From positions 33,169 through 97,168 of the forward strand of contig JAEUOS010000081.1 of the NCBI GenBank assembly GCA_016790695.1: a DNA stretch of 64,000 bases. The letters run 5' to 3'. Below, one piece after another: positions 38,549 through 48,251 of the stretch. The notes below the pieces were generated by a model, which ran no database searches, had not been told where the DNA came from, and saw only the letters and a program-made list of their open reading frames with translations. The translations under genes and the position numbers were made by a program. Each line of letters opens with the position of its first letter. Position 1 is the stretch's first letter. The DNA is from Burkholderiales bacterium (GTDB taxonomy: Bacteria; Pseudomonadota; Gammaproteobacteria; Burkholderiales; JAEUOS01).

Positions 38549-40846
38549 TCAGGCCGCCTTGCGCGCGGCATCGTTGAGGGTGCGCCAGAGGACGCCGGGC
38601 GTGACCGGCATCTGCAGGTCGGCGACGCCGGCCGGGCGCACCGCGTCCATCAGCGCATTCATCAGGGCCGGCAGCGAGCCCGAGCAGCCGGATTCGCCGA
38701 CGCCCTTGGCGCCCATCAGGTTGGTCGCGGTCGGCACCGGGTGGGATTCGCGCGTGAAGCTGCCCTTGAGCCAGCCGGCGCGCGGCATCGGATAGTCCAT
38801 GAAGCTCGCGGTGAGGAACTGGCCGGATTCGCGGTCGTACACCGCGTGCTCGCCGAACACCTGCCCGACGCCCTGCACCACCCCGCCGTGCACCTGGCCT
38901 TCGACGAGCACCGGCTGCAGCACGTTGCCCAGGTCGTCGACCGCGGTGTAGCGCACGACCTCGGCCACGCCGGTCTCCGGATCGATCTCCACTTCCGCGA
39001 CATGGCAGCCGTTCGGGTAGGTCGCCGGCGACGAGGTCTCGGCGTTGCAGTCGAGCGGATGGTTGCCGTCGGCGTCGGGCGGCAGCGCACGCGCGAGTTC
39101 GGTCAGCGTGATCGACCGCCCGCCGCCGCTGAAGGTGCCGGCCGCATAGGTCACCGCCTCCGTGCCGAGCCGGGCCGCCGCCAGCGGCGTCGCCTTCTCG
39201 ATCAGCGCCAGCGCCAGCGCCTTGAACGCGCTGCCCTGCCCCGCGGCGGTCCGCGACCCGCCGGTGCCGTTGCCGACCAGGCGGTCGTAGGCCGGGTCGC
39301 TCGCGCGGTACTGCACCGTCGCCGCGGGAACGCCGAGCGTCGCGGCGAACACGCCGACGAACGTGGTCTCGTGGCCCTGTCCGGAGCCGCCCGCCATGCA
39401 ATGGATGGTGATCACGCCGTCGCTGCCGACCCGCGCGGCGGTCTGGTCCTTGTTGAACACCCCGGCCGCGGCGGCCTCGAGATAGCTGGCGAAGCCGATG
39501 CCGCGCAGCCGGCCGCGCGCGGCGCTCTGCGCGCGCCGCCCGGAAAAGCCGGCATGATCGGCGGCCGCGAGCGCATGGGCGAACACTGCCGGGAAGTCGC
39601 CGCTGTCGTAGATCGGGCCGGTGGCGGTCTTGTAGGGCATCTGCGCGGGCGCGATGAAATTGCGCTGGCGCAGCGCGACCGGGTCGAAGCCGTGCTCGTG
39701 CGCGGCCTGGTCGACCAGGCGTTCGATCGCGTAGGCGATGTCGGGCCGGCCGGCGCCGCGATAGGCCGAGATCGGCGTGGTGTTGGTGTAGGCCAGCACG
39801 GATCGCACGTGGACCGCCGGCACCTTGTAGACCCCGTGGGAGGTGATCGAGATGTTCTGCGTGCCGATGAACGCGCCGAACGGCCCGGCGTACGCGCCGA
39901 GGTCGATGGTGTCGCTCCAGCGGAAGGCGAGGAAGTTGCCCGCTTCGTCCAGCGCGACCTCGCCGGTCAGCGAGAGCGCCCGGCCGTGGTAGTCGGACAG
40001 GAACGTGTCGGCGCGCGACCCGACCCACTTCACCGGCCGGCCCAGTTCCTTGGCGGCAAGCATCGCCAGGAAGTACTCCGGGTACGGTGTGCCGCGGATG
40101 CCGAAGCTGCCGCCGACATCCTCGACGATCAGGTCGACGCTCTTCGCCGACAGGCCGGTGATCTGCTCGATGTGCGAGCGCGCGCCGATCAGGCCCTGGG
40201 ACGGCGCGTGCAGCGTGAAGCGCCCGGCGGCGGCATCGTACGAGGCGAGGCAGGCGCGCGGCTCCATCGGGTTGCAGACCAGGCGCTGGCTGTCGACCGT
40301 CAGCTTCGTGACGTGGCGCGCGCGCGCGAACGCGGCATCGGTGGCGGCGGCGTCGCCGTGCTCGTGCACGAAGGCGACGTTGCCCTCGATCTCGTCGTGC
40401 ACGCGCGGCGCACCCGGCGCGACGGCGTCGGCGAAGGTCACCACCGACGTCAGTTCCTCGTAGTCGACCGCGATCAGTTCGACCGCGTCCTGCGCGGCGA
40501 GCGTCGAGTCCGCGACCACGAAGGCCACCGCCTGGCCGACATGGGCGACGTGGTCCCGAGCCAGCACCGGGTAGAACGGCTTCTTCATCGGCTGGCCGCT
40601 GCGGTCCTTGGTGGCGATGCCGCCGGCGATGCTCTTGTAGCCGGCGCGCTCGACATCCGCGCACGTCAGCACGGCCTTGACGCCGGGCGCGGCCAGCGCC
40701 GCGGCGGTGTCGATGGCGCGGATGCGCGCGGCCGCGTGGGGCGACCGCAGCACGGCGGCATACAACTGCCCGGGCAGGTTCCAGTCGGCGGCATAGCGGC
40801 CCTGGCCCTGGATCAGGCGCAGGTCTTCACGGCGTGAGGGTTGCAT
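38549..40846 (-). CDS. Molybdo-hydroxylase large subunit (xanthine dehydrogenase family, CoxL form-II-like)
   Basis: REDLRLIQGQGRYAAD N-terminus; active-site loop AYRGAGR (not the AYxCSFR of true CO dehydrogenase); 765 aa. Confidence 0.9.
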   Translation of the reverse strand: MQPSRREDLRLIQGQGRYAADWNLPGQLYAAVLRSPHAAARIRAIDTAAALAAPGVKAVLTCADVERAGYKSIAGGIATKDRSGQPMKKPFYPVLARDHVAHVGQAVAFVVADSTLAAQDAVELIAVDYEELTSVVTFADAVAPGAPRVHDEIEGNVAFVHEHGDAAATDAAFARARHVTKLTVDSQRLVCNPMEPRACLASYDAAAGRFTLHAPSQGLIGARSHIEQITGLSAKSVDLIVEDVGGSFGIRGTPYPEYFLAMLAAKELGRPVKWVGSRADTFLSDYHGRALSLTGEVALDEAGNFLAFRWSDTIDLGAYAGPFGAFIGTQNISITSHGVYKVPAVHVRSVLAYTNTTPISAYRGAGRPDIAYAIERLVDQAAHEHGFDPVALRQRNFIAPAQMPYKTATGPIYDSGDFPAVFAHALAAADHAGFSGRRAQSAARGRLRGIGFASYLEAAAAGVFNKDQTAARVGSDGVITIHCMAGGSGQGHETTFVGVFAATLGVPAATVQYRASDPAYDRLVGNGTGGSRTAAGQGSAFKALALALIEKATPLAAARLGTEAVTYAAGTFSGGGRSITLTELARALPPDADGNHPLDCNAETSSPATYPNGCHVAEVEIDPETGVAEVVRYTAVDDLGNVLQPVLVEGQVHGGVVQGVGQVFGEHAVYDRESGQFLTASFMDYPMPRAGWLKGSFTRESHPVPTATNLMGAKGVGESGCSGSLPALMNALMDAVRPAGVADLQMPVTPGVLWRTLNDAARKAA

Positions 40847-40951
40847 GGGCTGCGGCGGAAGGAGATTGGGATTGCGAAGGCGAACCCGGTCGATTGTAGC
40901 AGCGCGGCGCGCGCGAACTCCGAACCGGCATGCGGCGCCCCCGGGCGCCGG

Positions 40952-41746
40952 TCATCGGCCGGCGAAGCGTGCCTTGCGGCGTTCGATGAACGAGCGCACG
41001 CCCTCGGCCGCGTCGGCGGACTGGGACAGCTCGCGCTGGACCGCGTCCATCTCGGCCGCCATGCCGACCGGGCCATGCTCGACATAGCGGCGCGACGACG
41101 CCAGCGACGCCCGCACCGCCAGCGGCGCCTGCTCCGCGATCGTCGTCGCGATCGCCAGCGCGCGGTCGAACTCGGTCCCGGCGGGCACGACTTCCTGGAC
41201 GAACCCCAGGCGCAGCGCCTCGGCGGCGTTGAACTCGTCGCCGGTGAGCAGGTAGCGCTGGGCGTTGCCCCAGCCGGCGCGCTCGACGAAGCGCATGGTC
41301 GCGCCGCCGGTGGGCATGATCCCGCGCCTGACCTCGAGTTGCGCGAAGCGGCAGTCGTCCGCGGCGACCACGACGTCGCAGGCGAGCATCAGCTCGATGC
41401 CGAGGGTGAAGCAGATGCCCCTGACGGCGACGACCACCGGTTTGGTGCGCAGCGGCGGGCGCAGCGACACCGGGTCGATCGTGCCCGGCGGAAACACCGG
41501 GTGGCCTGCCGCCATGTGCGGCCCGACCTGGTCGAGCTGCAGGCCGGCGGTGAAGTGGTCGCCATGGGCGAACACCAGGCCGCAGCGGGCCTCGGGCGCG
41601 GCCTCCATCGCGGTGAATGCCTCGGCGAGTTCGCGCAGCATCCGGAGCGAGAAGCCGTTGCGCTTCGCCGGCCGGTCGATGCCGATGGTGAACACCTGAC
41701 CGATCGGTCGGGTGGTGATGCGGCCGTCGGCCGGGTCGTCGCTCAT
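40952..41746 (-). CDS. Enoyl-CoA hydratase/isomerase (crotonase) family protein
   Basis: FTIGIDRPAKRNGF...GDHFTAGLQL...VAVRGICFTLGIELMLACD; 264 aa. Confidence 0.85.
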   Translation of the reverse strand: MSDDPADGRITTRPIGQVFTIGIDRPAKRNGFSLRMLRELAEAFTAMEAAPEARCGLVFAHGDHFTAGLQLDQVGPHMAAGHPVFPPGTIDPVSLRPPLRTKPVVVAVRGICFTLGIELMLACDVVVAADDCRFAQLEVRRGIMPTGGATMRFVERAGWGNAQRYLLTGDEFNAAEALRLGFVQEVVPAGTEFDRALAIATTIAEQAPLAVRASLASSRRYVEHGPVGMAAEMDAVQRELSQSADAAEGVRSFIERRKARFAGR

Positions 41747-41815
41747 TGGGGGAGTCCGCTGTCGTCGTCTGGTGGATTGTGGATCAGGCACGGCCGGCGC
41801 GCGCAGGCGCGTGTC

Positions 41816-44056
41816 TCACGTGCGCGCGCGCTGCAGGGCGCGCCAGACCTTGGGCGCGGTGAAAGGCATGTCGAGATGGGTCACGCCGCATTCCGCCAGC
41901 GCATCGAGCACCGCGGCGGCGACCGCCGGCGGTGCGCCGATGCTGCCGCCCTCGCCGGCACCCTTGGCGCCGAGCGGGTTGGTGGTGCACGGCGCGGATT
42001 CGTCGAGGAACACGCCGAGCGCGCGCACGATCCCCGCGCGCGGCATTGCGTAGTCGGCGAACGAGCCGGTGAGGAGCTGCCCGCTGCGGCGGTCGTACAC
42101 CGCCTCTTCGAGCAGCGCCTGACCCAGCCCCTGGGCCACCGCGCCGGCGACCTGGCCGTGGACGATCAGCGGGTTGATCACCCGGCCGACATCGTCGACG
42201 GCGGTGAAGCGCGTCACCGCGACCGCGCCGGTATCGCGGTCGATCTCGACCTCGCAGACATGGCAGCCGTTGGGCCAGGAGAACGCGTCGACCTTGACCT
42301 TGCCCTCGACCGACAGCGTCCCGCCCTGCGCGCGCGCGAACGCGAACCACGCATCGGCCGCGGGCGCGGCGCCGCGTGCGCGCGCCAGCGCGACGAGGCG
42401 GGCGCAGGCGTCGCCGATCGCCGCGCCGCCGATGAAGAGCGACCGCGAGCCGCCGCTGCCGCCGCCGCGGGCGACGCGATCGGTGTCGCCCTGGACGATG
42501 CGCACGCGCGCCAGATCCACCCCCAGCGCTTCCACGACCAGCTGCGCGTACGCCGTCTCCAGGCCCTGCCCCATGTTCTGGGTGCCCGAATACACCGTCA
42601 CGGTCTCCGCGCCGAGCTCCAGGCGCACCGATTCGACCGGGTTGGCCGCGCCGGTCGACTCGATGAAGTAGGCGAGACCACGCCCGCCGAGGCGCCCGCG
42701 CGCGCGCGCCGCCGCGCGCCGGCCCGCATGCCCGTCCCAGTCGGCCGCTGCCAGCGCAAGCGCGGTCACGCGCGCGAAGTCGCCGCTGTCGTAGACCTCG
42801 CCCATCGCGCTGGTGAACGGCATCGCCGCGCGCGGCACGAAATTGCGCCGGCGCAGGTCCAGCGCCGGGATGCCGGTCGCCAGCGCGGCCGCCTCGACCA
42901 GTCGTTCGACGAGGTAGGCGGCCTCGGGACGGCCGGCGCCGCGGTAGGCATCCACCGGCGCCGTGTGGGTCTGCACCACCCGCACGTCGAGGTCGATGAG
43001 CGGCGTCCGATACGGACCCGCCAGCGGCTTGGTGCCGGCCAGGGTCGGGATCACCGCGCCCAGGTGCGAGACGTAGGCGCCGACATTGGCCACGGTCGCG
43101 ACCCGCATCGCGAGGAAGGTGCCGTCGGCGTCGAGCGCGAGCGCGGCCTCGCTGACGCTGTCGCGGCCGTGGCTGTCGGCGAGAAAGCTCTCGCTGCGCG
43201 TGGCGACCCAGCGTACCGGCCTGCCCGTGTGCCGCGCCGCCTGCGCCACCGCGACGTATTCCGGGTAGAGAAAGCTCTTGGCGCCGAAGCCGCCGCCGAT
43301 GTCCTCGACCAGCACCCGCACCCGCTCGGGCGCGATGCCGAAGACCGCGTCGGCGAGCTGGGCGCGCGCGAGGTGCGGCATCTGGCAGCCGACGCGCAGC
43401 GTCAGCCGGCCGTCCTGCCAGTCGGCGAGCGCGGCGCGCGGCTCGAGCGCATTGGCGACCAGCCGATTGTTGACCACCTCGACGCGGGCCACGTGCGCGG
43501 CGGCGGCGAACGCGGCATCCACCGCGCCGGGGTCGCCATGGGCAAAGACGCCGAGCAGGTTGTCGGGGGCCTCGCGATTGACGCGCGGCGCGCCATCGGC
43601 CAGCGCGGCGCGCGCCTCGACCACGGCATCGTGCGGCTCCCATTCGACCGCGACCGCCTCGGCGGCGTCCGCGGCCGTCTGCGCCGAGGCCGCCACCACG
43701 ATGGCGACCGCCTCGCCGGCGTGGCGCACCCAGCCCGCGGCCAGCGCGTGGCGCGGCGGCGCGCGCATCGGCGTGCCGTCGGCGCGCCGCAGCACCGCCG
43801 CGTGCGGCAGCGGCCGCACGCCCGCGTCGAGCAGGTCGGCGCCGGTCAGCACCGCGTGCACGCCGGGCATGGCGCGCGCGGCGGCGGTGTCGACGGCGAT
43901 GATGCGCGCATGGGCATGCGGCGATCGCACGAACGCGGCGTGCAGCATGCCGGGCAGCGCGGCATCGGCGACGAAGCGCCCGGCCCCGGTCACCAGGCGC
44001 CGGTCCTCGACGCGCGCCACCGGCGCGCCGATGCCGCCCGAAGCGACGGGCCGCAT
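41816..44056 (-). CDS. Second molybdo-hydroxylase large subunit paralog, with no cognate S/M subunits of its own
   Basis: RVEDRRLVTGAGRFVAD, the AYRGAGRPEAAY loop and GAKGAGEGGSIG; 746 aa. Start overlaps the upstream stop by 1 nt. Confidence 0.9.
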   Translation of the reverse strand: MRPVASGGIGAPVARVEDRRLVTGAGRFVADAALPGMLHAAFVRSPHAHARIIAVDTAAARAMPGVHAVLTGADLLDAGVRPLPHAAVLRRADGTPMRAPPRHALAAGWVRHAGEAVAIVVAASAQTAADAAEAVAVEWEPHDAVVEARAALADGAPRVNREAPDNLLGVFAHGDPGAVDAAFAAAAHVARVEVVNNRLVANALEPRAALADWQDGRLTLRVGCQMPHLARAQLADAVFGIAPERVRVLVEDIGGGFGAKSFLYPEYVAVAQAARHTGRPVRWVATRSESFLADSHGRDSVSEAALALDADGTFLAMRVATVANVGAYVSHLGAVIPTLAGTKPLAGPYRTPLIDLDVRVVQTHTAPVDAYRGAGRPEAAYLVERLVEAAALATGIPALDLRRRNFVPRAAMPFTSAMGEVYDSGDFARVTALALAAADWDGHAGRRAAARARGRLGGRGLAYFIESTGAANPVESVRLELGAETVTVYSGTQNMGQGLETAYAQLVVEALGVDLARVRIVQGDTDRVARGGGSGGSRSLFIGGAAIGDACARLVALARARGAAPAADAWFAFARAQGGTLSVEGKVKVDAFSWPNGCHVCEVEIDRDTGAVAVTRFTAVDDVGRVINPLIVHGQVAGAVAQGLGQALLEEAVYDRRSGQLLTGSFADYAMPRAGIVRALGVFLDESAPCTTNPLGAKGAGEGGSIGAPPAVAAAVLDALAECGVTHLDMPFTAPKVWRALQRART

Positions 44057-44850
44057 CAGGGCTCGGTCTTGCGCGCCGGCCAGTCGACCACGCGCCGCTC
44101 GTGAAACGCCCGGATGCCGGTGCGGAAATCCTCGGTCAGCAGGATGTTGCCGACCGCCGCGTTGCCGTAGGCCAGCGCCTGCGGCAGCGTCATGTCCTGC
44201 ATCGCCTTGAAGGCCAGCTTGCCGCGCCGCGTGGCCTCCGGCGACTTGTCGATCAGCCGCCGCACCAGCCAGTCGAGTTTCGCATCGAGCTCGGCCGGCG
44301 GCACCACGTAATTGACCAGCCCCAGTTCCAGCGCCTCGGCCGCGTTCACCGGCTCGGCCGTCAGCATGAGTTCCAGCAGCTTGCGCCGGGGCACCAGGCG
44401 CTGCAGGTAGGCAAGCCCCAGGGTATTGGCCAGGCCGACCTTGGCCTCGGGAATGCCGAACATCGCGCGGTCCGTCGCCACCGCCAGGTCGACCATCGAG
44501 AGCAGCGACAGCCCCGGCGCCAGCGCGTGCCCGTTGACGCGCGCGACGATCGGCACCGCGCAGGCCTCGACGGCGGCGAACAGGCGCGTGATCGGATGGT
44601 TGAGCCAGTCCGGCGCGAGGCCGCGCAGGCTGCGCGCCTCGTCGCTCGCGAGATCCCCGCCGCCGCAGAAGAACTTCTCGCCGGCGCCGGTGAGCACGAT
44701 GACGCGCACCGCCGGATCCGCCTGCGCCGCGGCGATGGCGTCGATCATGTGCGGAAACAGTTCCCACGTCACCTGGTTCATCGCCTCCGGGCGATTGATC
44801 GTGAGCCAGCGCACGGCGCCGCGGGTTTCGCTCAACAGCAGGTCGGACAT
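44056..44850 (-). CDS. Enoyl-CoA hydratase/isomerase (crotonase) family protein
   Basis: VRWLTINRPEAMNQ...LTGAGEKFFCGGGDL...VNGHALAPGLSLL; 264 aa. Confidence 0.85.
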   Translation of the reverse strand: MSDLLLSETRGAVRWLTINRPEAMNQVTWELFPHMIDAIAAAQADPAVRVIVLTGAGEKFFCGGGDLASDEARSLRGLAPDWLNHPITRLFAAVEACAVPIVARVNGHALAPGLSLLSMVDLAVATDRAMFGIPEAKVGLANTLGLAYLQRLVPRRKLLELMLTAEPVNAAEALELGLVNYVVPPAELDAKLDWLVRRLIDKSPEATRRGKLAFKAMQDMTLPQALAYGNAAVGNILLTEDFRTGIRAFHERRVVDWPARKTEP

Positions 44851-44866
44851 GACGGTCTTCCTGTGG

Positions 44867-46372
44867 TCAGGGCGCGGGCCAGTAGGGCGCGCGCAGCTTG
44901 CGCTTGATGATCTTCCCGGATTCCTCGCGCGGCAGGGTCGCCGCGATCTCGACCTGCCGCGGCACCTTGTAGCCGGCGATGCGCTCGCGCAGGAAGGCGC
45001 GCACCGCGGCGGCGTCCAGCGCCGCGCCCGGCAGCGGCTGCACATGCGCGCACACCGCCTCGCCGAACTCGGCATCGGGAATGCCGAACACGGCGCTGTC
45101 GGCCACGCCCGGCATCAGGGCGAGCGCTGCCTCGACCTCGGCCGGGTAGATGTTGACGCCGCCCGAAATGATCATGTCGCGGCGCCGGTCGCCGAGGAAC
45201 AGGTAGCCGTCCGCGTCGAGATGACCGACGTCGCCGCAGGTGACCAGGCCGTCGCGCCCGACCTCCGCGCGGTGCGCGGGCAGGTTGTGGTAGGTGAAGT
45301 CGGGATAGTTGTCGTTGACCGCATAGATCTCGCCGGCGACGCCGGCCGGCAGCCGCTGCCCGGACGCGTCGTAGATGGCGATGCGCGCGCCGGGCACCGC
45401 GCGTCCGAGGGTGCCCGGGCGCTGCAGCCATTCCGACGCCGTGACGCTGGTGATCGGGCCCAGTTCGGTGGCGCCGTAGTAGTCGACGATGCGCTCGCCC
45501 AGCCAGTCGATCATCGCGCGCTTGACCTCCGGCGCGCACGGCGCGGCGCCGTGCACCACCCGCTCCAGCGAATCCAGGCGGAAGCACGCGCGCACCGCGG
45601 CGGGCAGGCGCAGCAGGCGCACGAACATCGTCGGCACCATGAACACATGGGTGATGCGATGGGCGTCGATCGCCTCGAGCGTCGCCTCGGCGTCGAAGCG
45701 CGGCAGGATCACCAGCGCGCCGCCGCCGCGCAGCGTCGACAGCGCCATCGCGTTGGGGGCGCCGTGGTACATCGGCGCCACCGCCAGCGTGCGCATGCCG
45801 GGACGCGTGCCGAACACATGGGCCATCGACGCGGCGACGCGCTGCAGCCCGGCCGCGTCCAGCGGCGGCCGGCACACGCCCTTGGGCCGCCCGGTGGTCC
45901 CGGAGGTGTAGAGCATGGTCGGCGGTGCCGGCCGCGCCGGGCCGTCCCAGGCCGCCGCCGCGTCGACCCGGCGCTGCCAGTCGGACGCGGGCGGCACGGG
46001 CGGCGCCTCGATGCCGTAGGCGGCGGCGATCTCGGGCGGTGTCGCCAGCGCGAAGCGCGCCGGGCCGCCCGCCGCCGGGCCCAGGGGCGCGAGCAGGTCC
46101 GCATGGCCGATCAGATGCGCGGCGCCGGAATCGGCGAGCAGGTAGTCGACCTCGTCGGGCCGCAGGTGCCAGTTGATCGGCAGCGCGGTCGCGCCGAGCC
46201 GCGCGATCGCGAGCGACAGCACCGGAAAGGCGATGTCGTTGCGCAGCAGCAGCGCGACCGTGCCGCCCGGCCGCACGCCGGCGGCGTCGAGCGCGCCGGC
46301 GTGTCGGGCGATCAGGCCCGCGAGTTCCGCCGCGCCCACATGCCGCGCGCCGAATGCGATGCCGTCCGTCAT
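44867..46372 (-). CDS. AMP-dependent acyl-CoA ligase
   Basis: MLYTSGTTGRPKGV, YGATE and GDVGHLDADGYLFLGDRRRDMIISGGVNIYPAE motifs. SD GGGGAGGG lies directly before the ATG at 46372. Confidence 0.88.
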   Translation of the reverse strand: MTDGIAFGARHVGAAELAGLIARHAGALDAAGVRPGGTVALLLRNDIAFPVLSLAIARLGATALPINWHLRPDEVDYLLADSGAAHLIGHADLLAPLGPAAGGPARFALATPPEIAAAYGIEAPPVPPASDWQRRVDAAAAWDGPARPAPPTMLYTSGTTGRPKGVCRPPLDAAGLQRVAASMAHVFGTRPGMRTLAVAPMYHGAPNAMALSTLRGGGALVILPRFDAEATLEAIDAHRITHVFMVPTMFVRLLRLPAAVRACFRLDSLERVVHGAAPCAPEVKRAMIDWLGERIVDYYGATELGPITSVTASEWLQRPGTLGRAVPGARIAIYDASGQRLPAGVAGEIYAVNDNYPDFTYHNLPAHRAEVGRDGLVTCGDVGHLDADGYLFLGDRRRDMIISGGVNIYPAEVEAALALMPGVADSAVFGIPDAEFGEAVCAHVQPLPGAALDAAAVRAFLRERIAGYKVPRQVEIAATLPREESGKIIKRKLRAPYWPAP

Positions 46373-46411
46373 GCCCTCCCCTTGCAATTGCCCGCCCGCC
46401 CTGCAATACTA

Positions 46412-46433
46412 TGACTGACTGATCAGTCAGTCA
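46412..46433. promoter_or_regulatory. Perfect 22-bp palindrome TGACTGACTGA|TCAGTCAGTCA, candidate TetR operator
   Basis: Read directly; it lies in the divergent ligase/tetR intergenic region, 40 nt from the ligase ATG. Confidence 0.6.
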
Positions 46434-46436
46434 ACA

Positions 46437-46534
46437 TTGGCTGGTCAACAGTGGCTGGTCAACGTGGTCTGGTGAACCATTGGTCCGTCAAGTGCCGTCA
46501 GTCAATAGCCGTCAGTCAATGTCGGTCAGTCAAC
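46437..46534. repeat. Seven degenerate tandem 12-15-bp direct repeats (..GGCTGGTCAAC / ..GCCGTCAGTCAA) sharing the palindrome half-site core
   Basis: Units: ttggctggtcaac, gtggctggtcaac, gtggtctggtgaacc, ttggtccgtcaa, gtgccgtcagtcaa, tagccgtcagtcaa, tgtcggtcagtcaac. Confidence 0.7.
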
Positions 46535-46581
46535 CAGCGGCCGGCGCGGCGCCACCGGCCGCGGCCCCGCGGAGACCCACC

Positions 46582-47220
46582 ATGCAGGCTGTGCCCGCCC
46601 GCCGCCGCATCGCGGCGAACGTCAAGGATGCGGCGCTCGTCGGCGAGCGCCGCGACCAGATCGTCGAGGCGGCGATCGCGGTGTTCCGCGACAAGGGCTT
46701 CGCCGCCGCGACGATGCGCGACGTCGGCCTGCGCGCCGGCCTGTCGCAGGGCACGCTGTACAACTACGTGCGCACCAAGGAGGACACGCTCTACCTCGTG
46801 TGCGACCGCGCGGTGGCCCACTACGTCGATCAGATCGCCCGCGCGGTCGAGGGCGTCGCCGACCCGCGCGAGCGCCTGGTGCGCGCGGTGCGCGCGGTGG
46901 TGCGCGCCCAGTACGACCACCGCCACAACATCGCCATCGTCCTGCGCGAGGCGCATCTGCTGGACGCGCGCTCGCGCGAGGCGCTGCGCCGCCGGGTCGA
47001 CGTCTTCATCGACGACATCGTCGCCATCGTCGGTGCCGGGACGACCGGCGGTCCGCGGCGCCGCGCCTCCGCGCGCCTGCTGGCGGAGGCCGTCACCTAC
47101 CTGCCGACCGTGTTCGCGATGCGCCCCTGGCGCGTGCGCGCGGAGGGCCCGCCCGACAAGCTCGTCGATGCGATGGTCGACATCCTGCTCGCGGCGCTGC
47201 GCATCGAGCAGCCCGCCTGA
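46582..47220 (+). CDS. TetR/AcrR-family transcriptional regulator
   Basis: HTH region RRDQIVEAAIAVFRDKGFAAATMRDVGLRAGLSQGTLYNYVRTKEDTLY. SD GGAGA lies before the ATG at 46582. The longer track ORF would begin inside the repeat array. Confidence 0.88.
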   Translation: MQAVPARRRIAANVKDAALVGERRDQIVEAAIAVFRDKGFAAATMRDVGLRAGLSQGTLYNYVRTKEDTLYLVCDRAVAHYVDQIARAVEGVADPRERLVRAVRAVVRAQYDHRHNIAIVLREAHLLDARSREALRRRVDVFIDDIVAIVGAGTTGGPRRRASARLLAEAVTYLPTVFAMRPWRVRAEGPPDKLVDAMVDILLAALRIEQPA

Positions 47221-47258
47221 CGAATCCGCGCGACCGACGCGCGAACAAGGAGACGCTC

Positions 47259-48227
47259 ATGCACTGGTTCCCCGGCCCCCTCCTCGGCTCCCTCCTCGCG
47301 GCCGCCCTCGCGGCGGCGGCGCCCGGCGCGGCCGCGCAGGGCTTTCCCGATCGCCCGGTGCGGCTGATCGTCCCCTTCCCGCCCGGCGGCCTGGTCGACT
47401 CGCTCGCACGCGTGGTCGCCGACGGCATGCGCGGCGAGCTCGGCCAGCCGGTGGTGGTCGACAACCGTGCCGGCGCCGCCGGCAAGATCGGCGCCCAGGC
47501 GGTCGCCGCGGCGGCTCCAGACGGCTACACGCTGCTGCTGTCCAACGGCACCACCCACGGCACCCTGCCGGTGGTCGATCCGAGCTTCGAGGCGGTGCGC
47601 GACTTCGCGTCGGTGAGCCTGGTCACGGTCACGCCCTTCGTCCTGGCCGCGCATCCGGACCTCCGCGCCAACACCGTTGCCGAACTGCTGCGACTGGCGG
47701 CCGCCCAGCCCGGCAAGCTCAACTACGCGACGCCCGGCTCCGGCACCGCGGCGCACTTTGCCGGCGAGCTGCTCAAGAGCCTGGGCGGCGTGGACATCGT
47801 GCACGTTCCCTACAAGGGCCTGGCACCGGCGCTCACCGACGTGCTCGGCGGGCGGGTCGAGCTGATCTTCGACTCGACCATCCTGCAGCACCTGCGCGCG
47901 GGCAAGCTGAAGGCGCTCGCCACCACCGGCATCGAGCGCAGCCCGCTCCTGCCCGACGTGCCGACGCTCCACGAGTCCGGCCTCAAGGGGTACGACATCG
48001 TCGGCTGGGCCGGGTTGTCGCTGCCGGCGAAGGCGCCGGCCGAGGCGGTGGCGCGGCTCAACGCCGCCGCCGTCAAGGCGCTGGCCCAGCCCGCGCTGGC
48101 GCAGCGCCTGCGCGAGATGGGCCTGGTGCCGGTGTCGAGCACGCCGCAGCACATGGCGCGCCTGATCGACGACTCGATCGCGCGCTATCGCCGCATCGCG
48201 GCCGACAACAAGCTCAGGTTCGACTGA
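47259..48227 (+). CDS. Bug-family (TctC-like) substrate-binding protein
   Basis: SD AAGGAGA; signal peptide; IVPFPPGGLVDSLARV...DNRAGAAG...VPYKGLAPALTDVLGGRVELIF. Confidence 0.9.
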   Translation: MHWFPGPLLGSLLAAALAAAAPGAAAQGFPDRPVRLIVPFPPGGLVDSLARVVADGMRGELGQPVVVDNRAGAAGKIGAQAVAAAAPDGYTLLLSNGTTHGTLPVVDPSFEAVRDFASVSLVTVTPFVLAAHPDLRANTVAELLRLAAAQPGKLNYATPGSGTAAHFAGELLKSLGGVDIVHVPYKGLAPALTDVLGGRVELIFDSTILQHLRAGKLKALATTGIERSPLLPDVPTLHESGLKGYDIVGWAGLSLPAKAPAEAVARLNAAAVKALAQPALAQRLREMGLVPVSSTPQHMARLIDDSIARYRRIAADNKLRFD

Positions 48228-48251
48228 CGCGGCGGCGCGCCGCGCCGCCGC

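Noticed and set aside
40841-44104. 1087-aa plus-strand ORF antisense to the crotonase and second CoxL-like gene; similar cases at 38519-40837, 48342-51062, 12412-13653 and 15375-17597
   Set aside because: These are antisense to well-supported genes. The composition is typical of shadow ORFs and there are no family motifs.
46437-46534. Tandem repeats as a possible CRISPR array or minisatellite
   Set aside because: The units are only 12-15 bp, directly abutting with no spacers, and no cas genes are present. They share the half-site of the adjacent palindrome and sit in a TetR-regulated promoter, so a regulatory repeat is far more likely.
46480-46581. Longer TetR ORF starting at 46480
   Set aside because: It would begin within the repeat array, giving the repetitive peptide SVNSRQSMSVSQ. 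The ATG at 46582 has a GGAGA SD, and the HTH domain begins about 20 residues later, which is normal for the TetR family.
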